Below are positions 1-7,928 of a stretch of DNA of 64,000 bases, one piece after another; position 1 is the first letter of the stretch, and the number at the start of each line of letters is the position of its first letter. The notes below the pieces were generated by a model that was not told the DNA's origin, did not search any database, and saw only the letters and a program-made list of their open reading frames with translations. The position numbers were made by a program, and so were the translations under genes. The stretch covers positions 2,624,001 through 2,688,000 of the forward strand of contig OY762492.1 of the NCBI GenBank assembly GCA_963665845.2, read 5' to 3'. Source of the DNA: Candidatus Poribacteria bacterium. GTDB lineage: Bacteria; Poribacteria; WGA-4E; GCA-2687025.

Positions 1-699
1 GGCGCAGCTGCGCAGGACTTCGTCACGGACGGACTCGTCGTCATGTACACCTTCGACAAGAACGGGGTGGACGGCGACAAGCTGATCGACGCCGCAACGG
101 ACGACGGCGAATCGCAAGACGGAATCATTCACGGCAACCCCGAATCGATTGAAGGCGTCATCGGAGAAGCGTTTAAGTTCGACGGATCCCCCAACGTCTA
201 CGTCCAAATACCAGAGATGGGCGACTGGGAGGCGGTCTCTGTCGAAGTGTGGGCGCGCGAAGACGCTTTCGCCGGCATCCAAGGTATCGTCTCCACATGG
301 CAATGGACATCCGGGAAAGTTCATTTCAAGTTTGAAGGCAACCAAATTCAGGTCGACAAAAACGGCGTCGGCAAGATACGGTTCGACGCCCAAGCGGAGA
401 CATGGTACCACATCGTCTACACCACCGACGCGCCCGGCAACGTGCTGATCCTCTACGTTGACGGCGAAGAACAACAGCGCGACGAAGACGGCAACGGCGC
501 GCTCGAAAACATGAACGAACGGCGCATCGGCAGCGAACATGATGGACGCTTTCTGAACGGCGCCATTGACGAGGTGCGCATCTACAACCGCGTTCTGGAG
601 CCGGAGGAGGTGGAGAAGAATTTCAACGCGGAGACGAACAGCCTCTCGGTTGACCCGCGCGGAAAAATGGCCTCCGCATGGGCGGAACTGAAGCGGTAA
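1..699 (+). CDS. LamG-like jellyroll (concanavalin A-like) domain protein, 5'-truncated by the window edge
   Basis: The frame is open from base 1 (GAAAQDFVTDGLVVMY...). LamG motifs GEAFKFDG, WYHIVYT, LYVDG and LNGAIDEVRIYNRVL are present, with C-terminal tail SVDPRGKMASAWAELKR. Confidence 0.85.
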   Translation, partial: GAAAQDFVTDGLVVMYTFDKNGVDGDKLIDAATDDGESQDGIIHGNPESIEGVIGEAFKFDGSPNVYVQIPEMGDWEAVSVEVWAREDAFAGIQGIVSTWQWTSGKVHFKFEGNQIQVDKNGVGKIRFDAQAETWYHIVYTTDAPGNVLILYVDGEEQQRDEDGNGALENMNERRIGSEHDGRFLNGAIDEVRIYNRVLEPEEVEKNFNAETNSLSVDPRGKMASAWAELKR

Positions 700-735
700 A
701 ACGAACAACATGAGCGTCAACTGCAAGGAGAAACG

Positions 736-2088
736 ATGATACGACTCACCGACGCTGAAATGCAGAGCTTCGTCCGAAACGGGTACATCAAGTTCCGGCC
801 GGATTATCCGCCGGAGCTGCATGAAGCGATCCGGCGCAAGACAGATCAGATGCTGGAAAAATGGGGCAACCCGCGCAACAACCTGCTGCCGCGCATACCG
901 GAGATACAGCAGGTGTTTGACCATCCGCGCGTTCACGGCGCGCTCAGCAGCATCCTCGGCGACGACTACTACCTCCATCTGCACCGGCATGTCCATACGA
1001 ACATGCCCGGCAGCAAGGGGCAGGGCATGCACAAAGACAGCCTCAACAACAGCCGTTTCGCTGTCGACGACAACCGGCGGCATCACCACACGCGCTGGGC
1101 GATGGCGTTTTATTATCCGCAGGACACGCCTGTTGAGATCGGTCCGACCGCCGCGATGCCGCAGTCGCAGTATCTCAACACGCGCGAGCGGTTTGAAGAC
1201 GCGCCCGAATTGCCGCTGGACGGCGAAGCGGGAACCGTCACCATCGTTCATTACGACGTTCTCCACCGCGCCATGCCGAACACGACCGACAAGGTGCGCC
1301 ACATGGTGAAGTTTCTCTTCACCCGCATGAGCGAGCCGGACGCGCCGACATGGACAGGCGATGCGCGCTGGGAGCCGTCCGACGACCCGCAGGAGCGCAT
1401 CTGGCATCATGTGTGGGAATGGCACGGCGGAAAGAACGGGGACCGCCCGCAGCCGTCCAAGTCGGTTGAGGCGCTGTCCGCGGAACTTGGCGGCGAGAGC
1501 GAACAGGCGAGCGTCAACGCGGCGTATGAGCTGGGCATGACCGGCGAAGGCGTCGGAGCGCTCATTGACGCGCTGTCGGACGAGTCGGGCGCGCGGCGGC
1601 GGGACGCCGGCTACGGGCTTAGCGCCGCCGGCGAAGCGGCCGCCGAACCGCTCCGCGAAGCGGCGCGCAGCGACGACGCAGGCGTCCGCGCCCGCGCGAT
1701 TGACGCCCTCGGCGACCTGGGCAAACATGGACGCGCCGGCATAGACGTCATGATCAACGCGCTGGGCGATGAATCGCATCAGCTGCGCAGGCATGCGGTT
1801 GAGGCGCTTGGAACGGCGGCGCAGGATTGTCCGGAAGCGGTGGAACCGATCGCCAACGCGCTGAAAGATGAAAACGATGTCGTTCGGCGCAGCGCGGCTC
1901 TATCGCTGGCGCGTATGGGCGACACGGCGGCGGCGTCTGTGCCGGCGTTGAGCGAAGCGCTGCGCGACCCGCACTATTATGTGCGCGGCTTTTCGGTTCA
2001 GGCGCTGCGCCAGATCGGAACGCCGGAGGCGACCGAAGCGCTGGTGCATTATCTGGAGGCGACGCGCTGGGACCCGGCGCAAGGGTAA
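736..2088 (+). CDS. Phytanoyl-CoA dioxygenase (PhyH)-family Fe(II)/2OG oxygenase fused to C-terminal HEAT/PBS-lyase repeats
   Basis: RBS AAGGAG. Motifs FVRNGYI, HxD (MHKDS), GPT and distal His (DVLHRA), followed by repeats such as LIDALSDE..RRDA, ALKDENDVVRRSAALSL and ALRDPHYYVRGFS. Confidence 0.85.
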   Translation: MIRLTDAEMQSFVRNGYIKFRPDYPPELHEAIRRKTDQMLEKWGNPRNNLLPRIPEIQQVFDHPRVHGALSSILGDDYYLHLHRHVHTNMPGSKGQGMHKDSLNNSRFAVDDNRRHHHTRWAMAFYYPQDTPVEIGPTAAMPQSQYLNTRERFEDAPELPLDGEAGTVTIVHYDVLHRAMPNTTDKVRHMVKFLFTRMSEPDAPTWTGDARWEPSDDPQERIWHHVWEWHGGKNGDRPQPSKSVEALSAELGGESEQASVNAAYELGMTGEGVGALIDALSDESGARRRDAGYGLSAAGEAAAEPLREAARSDDAGVRARAIDALGDLGKHGRAGIDVMINALGDESHQLRRHAVEALGTAAQDCPEAVEPIANALKDENDVVRRSAALSLARMGDTAAASVPALSEALRDPHYYVRGFSVQALRQIGTPEATEALVHYLEATRWDPAQG

Positions 2089-2109
2089 GGAATGTGAAAG
2101 GAGAGGTCA

Positions 2110-3081
2110 ATGAAACGGCGGTTTTGGATCTGGGCTTTTGTTTGCGTCCCGCTGCTCGCAGGATGTCGACAGGACAACGCCGACACAACGGATCCGTCCG
2201 ATACGCCTGTTATTGACGCCGCCGTCCAGATGGCGAAGGCGTATATTGCCGGCAGCCAGAATGCGGACGGCGGCTGGCCTCTCTTGCCGGGCGATGAGAG
2301 CGACGCGGAGACGACCGCGTTTGCCGTATGGGCGTTGGCTGAAGGCGGAAGCGGCGATTCCCATGCCGCGGCGGTTCAAAACGGGGAGGCGTACCTGAAA
2401 GCGGCGCAGCGCGAAGACGGCAGCTGGAACGGCAACGCGGCGCACACCGTTTTCACGCTCATTGCGCTGAACGCTGTCGGCACAAGCGAAAGCGAGGCGC
2501 GCGCCAACGCGCTGAAATGGCTGGAGTCGGCGCAGAACGAGGACGGGAGCTGGGCGCGCGAACTAGGCGGAGAAGGTACGCTGATCTACACCTCGGCGGT
2601 CTTGGCAGGGCTTCAAAAGATCGGTCATGAAAAAGAGTACCCGCCCATTGCCCGCGGCGTAAAATGGGTTCTAGACCGCCCGGCGGGCGACGGCGGCTGG
2701 GCGATTCGACCTGGCAGCCTGTCCGACAATTTTGCGACCGCATGGGCTGCGCAGGCGCTCCACCGCGTCGCGGAGATACCGACGCAGATGGAATGGCTGC
2801 GCTGCGCCCAGAATGTGGACGGCGGATTCGGACATCAGAAAGGCGATATGAGCGACCCGGAGATCACATCGGCGGCAACGGCGGCGCTCAGCCTTCAGAA
2901 ATGGCCGATGATTGACCAGCAGTACGCGCTCAATTATCTCATTTATATACAGCAGAAAAACGGCAGCTTCATCAGCGCCCTGCCGATAGAGCTGTCGGAG
3001 CCGAAGCAGAATATCCAAACCAGCTGTTTTGCGCTCATCGCGATAAAGACATTGAAAGCGTCGGGCGCGCGCCTTCCCTGA
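2110..3081 (+). CDS. Lipoprotein with prenyltransferase/squalene-cyclase (QW-type) repeats
   Basis: Lipobox LLAGC and repeated Q-x-x-DG-[GS]-[WF] motifs (SQNADGGW, AQREDGSW, AQNEDGSW, AQNVDGGF, IQQKNGSF). Confidence 0.8.
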   Translation: MKRRFWIWAFVCVPLLAGCRQDNADTTDPSDTPVIDAAVQMAKAYIAGSQNADGGWPLLPGDESDAETTAFAVWALAEGGSGDSHAAAVQNGEAYLKAAQREDGSWNGNAAHTVFTLIALNAVGTSESEARANALKWLESAQNEDGSWARELGGEGTLIYTSAVLAGLQKIGHEKEYPPIARGVKWVLDRPAGDGGWAIRPGSLSDNFATAWAAQALHRVAEIPTQMEWLRCAQNVDGGFGHQKGDMSDPEITSAATAALSLQKWPMIDQQYALNYLIYIQQKNGSFISALPIELSEPKQNIQTSCFALIAIKTLKASGARLP

Positions 3082-4146
3082 CCGCGCGCCCGCAGCGTCC
3101 GCGCCGCCGGTCGTCATTCCCGCGCTCCCTCCTCGTCATTCCCGCGCAAGCGGGAATCTTAAGGCGCCGCAGCAGCAGTTGTCGTCTGAACTAGGATTGC
3201 CAAGATTGAAAAGATTGCCAAGAAATTCCCGTAGACCGCTATCTTGGCAATCTTAATCATCCTTCCATCCTAGTTCAAAACCAAGCGCAACCCGCGCGCT
3301 CAAACCCCCCCAGCCCCCCTTTTCAAGGGGGGAGTCCAGAAACCGCGCGCCCGCAGCGTCCGCGCCGCCGGTCGTCATTCCCGCGCTCCCTCTTCGTCAT
3401 TCCCGCGCAAGCGGGAATCTTAAGGCGCCGCAGCAGCAGTTGTCGTCTGAACTAGGATTGCCAAGATTGAAAAGATTGCCAAGAAATTCCCGTGAGCCGC
3501 TATCTTGGCAATCTTAATCATCCTTCCATCCTAGTTCAAAACCAAGCGCAAACCCGCGCGCTCAAACCCCCCCAGCCCCTGTTTTCAAGGGGGGAGTCCA
3601 GAAACCGCGCGCCCGCAGCGTCCGCGCCGCCGGTCGTCATTCCCGCGCTCCCTCCTCGTCATTCCCGCGTAAGCGGGAATCTTAAGGCGCCGCAGCAGCA
3701 GTTGTCGTCTGAACTAGGATTGCCAAGATTGAAAAGATTGCCAAGAAATTCCCGTAGACCGCTATCTTGGCAATCTTAATCATCCTTCCATCCTAGTTCA
3801 AAACCAAACGCAACCCGCGCGCTCAAACCCCCCCAGCCCCCCTTTTCAAGGGGGGAGTCCAGAAACCCCCAGCCCTGTTTTCAAGGGGGGAGTCCAGAAA
3901 CCGCGCGCCCGCAGCGTCCGCGCCGCCGGTCGTCATTCCCGCGCTCCCTCCTCGTCATTCCCGCGCAAGCGGGAATCTTAAGGCGCCGCAGCAGCAGTTG
4001 TCGTCTGAACTAGGATTGCCAAGAAATTCCCGTGAGCCGCTATCTTGGCAATCTTAATCATCCTTCCATCCTAGTTCAAAACCAAGCGCAAACCCGCGCG
4101 CTCAAAACCCCCCAGCCCCCCTTTTCAAGGGGGGAGTCCAGAAACC
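3081..4146. repeat. Tandem array of four ~262-bp composite palindromic units
   Basis: Units start at 3081, 3342, 3604 and 3900. Each holds GTCATTCCCGCGCAAGCGGGAATC, a TGAACTAGGAT...ATCCTAGTTCA hairpin and CCCCCCTTTTCAAGGGGGG. Confidence 0.95.
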
Positions 4147-4271
4147 CCGCCATCGTATTTTCGCCCTTCCTAATGAAAAAGCTGTCGCCAAACCGCCTTT
4201 TCTTTCGTAAATGATGCAGCGGCGGACGTTGATTTCCCGACGCAGGTTTCAATCAGAAAGGCGAAGCGGAC

Positions 4272-5255
4272 GTGGCTTTTGTGAGCGGTTTTTCTAAAGA
4301 CAATTCTCAAGCTCATGGCGCGCGCGGCGCCGCCCATCTTTTTGTGGAGCAGTTGCGGCATCCGAAACCGCGCGTCCGAGAAGAGGCGGCGCGTCAGATC
4401 GCCGGCGCGGACTGGAACGGCTCGCAGCCCCCGATCAACGAGCTGATTCGATTGCTCAAAGACCCGGTCGCCCAGGTGCGCGCTTCCGCGGCGGACGCCC
4501 TCGGCGCCATCGGACATACGGACGCCGCCCCGCATCTCATTCAGGCGGTGGAAGACGAGAGCCGACTGGCGCGTTTCCGAGCCGCCTTCGCCTTAGAAAA
4601 TCTGAACCCGCCCGTTAAAAGCGGCGAACGGGTCAACGCCTGGCGCAGCGTCGTCAAGCGCGACCCGCAAAATGTGTATGCGCTCTGCAACCTCAGCATG
4701 GCGTTCCGAGACCAAGGCGACAACGAAGCCGCCATCGAAACGGCATACCATGCCATCGAACTGCATCCCGACCATTTCTACCCGTATCTGCTGACGGGGC
4801 GGCTCTGCGCCGAAGCGAGCGACCGAGACGCCGCCCTCCGATATTACGAATGCGCCGTGTACTGCGATCCTGAACAGCCGATGCCGTATTACGAGCTGGG
4901 CGAAACGCGCCGCCTCGGAGGCGACTATGAACAAGCCGCCGAGTGTTACGAACGCGCCAACGAGCTGACCGGCGGACGCCCCGAATGTTATTTTGGGCTG
5001 GGCTTCTGCTTCAACCGAATGGGCGAATACGGCGCCGCCATTGACGCATACGAGCGGTGCCTTGAGATGCATCCCGACCATTATGTCGCGCTCAACAACC
5101 TTGGGCTGGCGTATCGAAGCGTCGGGGAGCTGGAGCAGGCGGCGCGCCGTTTCAAACAGGCGCTGGAACTGAACCCCGACTACGCCGCCGCGCAGCTGAA
5201 TCTCGGCGACACCTTCGTGCTTTTTGAGTCGAACCAGGATGAGCAGTCGACATGA
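4272..5255 (+). CDS. HEAT-repeat plus TPR protein
   Basis: N-terminal LKDPVAQVRASAADALGAIG (HEAT), then TPR consensus units such as ALNNLGLAYRSVGELEQAARRFKQALELNPDY. Start codon uncertain. Confidence 0.8.
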   Translation: MAFVSGFSKDNSQAHGARGAAHLFVEQLRHPKPRVREEAARQIAGADWNGSQPPINELIRLLKDPVAQVRASAADALGAIGHTDAAPHLIQAVEDESRLARFRAAFALENLNPPVKSGERVNAWRSVVKRDPQNVYALCNLSMAFRDQGDNEAAIETAYHAIELHPDHFYPYLLTGRLCAEASDRDAALRYYECAVYCDPEQPMPYYELGETRRLGGDYEQAAECYERANELTGGRPECYFGLGFCFNRMGEYGAAIDAYERCLEMHPDHYVALNNLGLAYRSVGELEQAARRFKQALELNPDYAAAQLNLGDTFVLFESNQDEQST

Positions 5256-6505
5256 AGCTGTTTCAACGTTGGAAAAAGCAGGGCGAACGCGCCAAGCGGC
5301 TTCGCAAAGCCGAGGATCTGACTTTAGAAGGGAAGCTGGAACCGGCGCGCGCCGAGATGGACGCCGTTCTCCAGCTGTTTCCAGACGACCTGGAGACGCT
5401 GCGCAAGTCGGCAGAGCTGTCCGCCGAGCTGAACGACGCCGACGAAACGGCGCGGCGTCTCCAATTGCTCATCGAAAAAAACGCGCGTGAAGCGGCGCAG
5501 GTCCAAAACGCGCTATACGACGACCTGCGCAGCGCATCGGCGTTTCAGGCGCTGTATCGGTTCGCGGCGGACGCTTTGAACGCAAGCAAAGAGAAAGGCG
5601 CGGCGGCGCTGGCGGCGGAGATCTACGAAGCGGCGGGAATGTTCAACGAGGCGCACTCGGCGTATGAACAGATACACGCCGGCGGAACGGACGGTTCCGC
5701 GCCGGCGGCATACGGCAAAGCGCGCCTCTACGCCGCCGAAAACAACCCGCAGGCGGCCGCCGAATGGCTCCTCAAAGCGTCCGACGCGGAGCAGGCGCAT
5801 GGCGAAGCGCTCTCCATGACAGGCGTTCTGGAAAACTTTGAAGGCGACCCGACCTTCGATGACGCGCGGAACGAGCCGATTCTTCAAGAGGCGCGCGCCC
5901 GCTTGGTTGAAGCGAAAACAGCGGCGCTGGAAACGGCGGCGCAAGAAGACGACGCGGGCGTACATGTGCGTATGAGGCTCATCGCGGCGCTGTTGAGTCA
6001 AGGAGAAGAGGAGCGCGCTTTTCAGGCGGCGGACGCGGCGGCAGAGCGTTTTCCAAACGATCTGGACATACTTGAGCTGCGCGCCGCCGCGCTGCTCCGC
6101 GCCGATAAAACGGAGGAGTCGCTGGAGGCGTACGGCGAAATGCTGCGCCTGCGCCCTGACCATACCGGCGCCTTGATCGGAACGGGCGCCGTATATGAGC
6201 GGCTGGATCGAACCGACGCGGCGCGGGAGGCGTACTGGGACGCGCTGGATTCGGCGCGCGGCGACCCGTTTGCATCGGTTGCGGCGGCGCGCGGTTTCGC
6301 CCGCATACGCGAGGCGCAAGGCGCGGCGGAGGCGCTGCGTCAAGCGGCGGAACATCTTCAGCCCGAAATGCCGGTCGACTATTTTGAACGGGAGATGCGA
6401 AGCGGCGATTTTGACGGCTTGAGCGGCGACGCGCTTTTTGAGGAGGCGGCGGAGGCGTTTCAAGCGCGCCTCGCCCAGATTGCGCCGAGCGGGGACGGGG
6501 AATAA
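5252..6505 (+). CDS. TPR-containing protein
   Basis: ATGA overlap with the upstream gene and TPR-like helices (EAYGEMLRLRPDHTGALIGTGAVYERL). Confidence 0.7.
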   Translation: MKLFQRWKKQGERAKRLRKAEDLTLEGKLEPARAEMDAVLQLFPDDLETLRKSAELSAELNDADETARRLQLLIEKNAREAAQVQNALYDDLRSASAFQALYRFAADALNASKEKGAAALAAEIYEAAGMFNEAHSAYEQIHAGGTDGSAPAAYGKARLYAAENNPQAAAEWLLKASDAEQAHGEALSMTGVLENFEGDPTFDDARNEPILQEARARLVEAKTAALETAAQEDDAGVHVRMRLIAALLSQGEEERAFQAADAAAERFPNDLDILELRAAALLRADKTEESLEAYGEMLRLRPDHTGALIGTGAVYERLDRTDAAREAYWDALDSARGDPFASVAAARGFARIREAQGAAEALRQAAEHLQPEMPVDYFEREMRSGDFDGLSGDALFEEAAEAFQARLAQIAPSGDGE

Positions 6506-6569
6506 TCCTTTCCCTCGACTTTTTGTTGCAAACATTTGCGGGAGCGTGTATATTATAGACGGGGCTGCT

Positions 6570-6697
6570 AGGCGGCTGTCTATTGGGGGAGCCGATTTTA
6601 TCGGCTTGCCCCGTGTTATAGCCAGAAACCGCCAGGCGGCTGTCTATTGGGGGAGCCGATTTATCGGCTTGCCCCGTGTTATAGACAAGCAACCGCC
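6570..6697. repeat. Two tandem 64-bp hairpin (REP-like) units
   Basis: AGGCGGCTGTCTATTGGGGGAGCCGATTT(T)ATCGGCTTGCCCCGTGTTATAG..ACCGCC occurs at 6570 and 6634, with core inverted repeat AGCCGAT/ATCGGCT. Confidence 0.85.
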
Positions 6698-6742
6698 AGC
6701 GGCCCCCTATTTGACTGATGTTCAGGATTCGGCGCGCAGACG

Positions 6743-7045
6743 ATGAGACTCGATAAATTCCTACAAACAAGCAGGCTGGTGAAACGCCGAGTACTCGCCG
6801 CCAAGCTATGCAGCGCCGGACGCGTACGGCTCAACGGGCAGCCCGCCAAACCCGGCAGAAAGGTCGCTGTCGGAGACCAGATCGCGCTCTCTTTCGGACG
6901 CGGCGAGTCGATTCTGTGCGAGATCGCCCGCATCCCGAACCGAGGCGTCCGAAAAGAGGAAGCGGAAACGCTATGCCGCATCCTCTCCAAAAAAACGAAC
7001 GGCAACGCGAACCAGACGGCTGCAAACAACGCAAGACGCCGATAA
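6743..7045 (+). CDS. S4-domain RNA-binding protein (YabO/RqcP/Hsp15-like)
   Basis: MRLDKFLQTSRLVKRRVLAAKLCSAGRVRLNGQPAKPGRKVAVGDQI is a typical stand-alone S4 domain. Confidence 0.85.
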   Translation: MRLDKFLQTSRLVKRRVLAAKLCSAGRVRLNGQPAKPGRKVAVGDQIALSFGRGESILCEIARIPNRGVRKEEAETLCRILSKKTNGNANQTAANNARRR

Positions 7046-7071
7046 ACTAGGAACATGCGCGCGAGACCGAT

Positions 7072-7842
7072 ATGCTAACCGCCAACTACCATATACACAC
7101 CCGCTACTCTCCATGCGCCGACCGCAATATGACCTTCGACGCGGTTCTGGACGCCGCCGAAGAAGCGGGGCTGACGCATATCGGCGTCTCCGACCATTGC
7201 TACGGCTTCGACCTGAACAGCCTGCGCATCAAGAGCCTGCGGGAAGAGCTGGCGCAAGCCGCCGGCGGGCGCTCTATACAGGCATGCCTCGGCGTCGAAG
7301 CGTATCTGTTGAACCGCCGCTACGCCTCCCTGCATGCCAATGTCGCGGGACTCTTTGAGTATGTTTTGATGGCGCCGAACCATTACCATATCCGAGGGGT
7401 CAACCGCCCCATCAGCCTGGAGCCGCGCCTGCTTGCCGACCATGAGCTGTATATGTTTGAATCGGCCGCCAACAATCCGTCGACCGACGTTGTCGCGCAT
7501 CCGTTTCGCCTCTCTCCGCGCGTGTTTCAGATGGAGCCGGACCGACTCGTCCAGCTTTCCAACGACATGATGGAGGCTTTAGACCAGAAGCGGCTCGCCG
7601 AGACGCTGGACCGCATGCGCGAACGGGAGGTGGCGGTTGAGCTGAACGCGGGGGCTTTGGAGACGGCGGGCGGGAGCCTGGACGGGTTCTACCGCCTTTG
7701 CGTGGAGCGCGGGACGATGATCGCCTTTGGAACGGACGCGCATTCGCTGAACGAAATCGCCCCGTCTGCTGAAGCGGCGCGCTTTGTCGAATCGCTGAAT
7801 GCGCCGACCGAGCTGGTCTGGCGCCCCTTCCCGTACCAGTGA
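7072..7842 (+). CDS. PHP-domain phosphoesterase (histidinol phosphatase-like)
   Basis: PHP metal motifs YHIHT, GVSDH, GVE, VAHP and GTDAH. Confidence 0.85.
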   Translation: MLTANYHIHTRYSPCADRNMTFDAVLDAAEEAGLTHIGVSDHCYGFDLNSLRIKSLREELAQAAGGRSIQACLGVEAYLLNRRYASLHANVAGLFEYVLMAPNHYHIRGVNRPISLEPRLLADHELYMFESAANNPSTDVVAHPFRLSPRVFQMEPDRLVQLSNDMMEALDQKRLAETLDRMREREVAVELNAGALETAGGSLDGFYRLCVERGTMIAFGTDAHSLNEIAPSAEAARFVESLNAPTELVWRPFPYQ

Positions 7843-7928
7843 GCTTTGTAACAACGCCGCCTACCGCTTCGTTACGATCCATGCTGCGCATTGCAAATCT
7901 CTCCGGAACATGACTCAGAAAGCGAACA

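Noticed and set aside
3081-4146. CRISPR array, or coding ORFs 3492..3779 and 4032..4214
   Set aside because: The units are near-identical along their whole length with no unique spacers. The ORFs are chance translations of the repeat.
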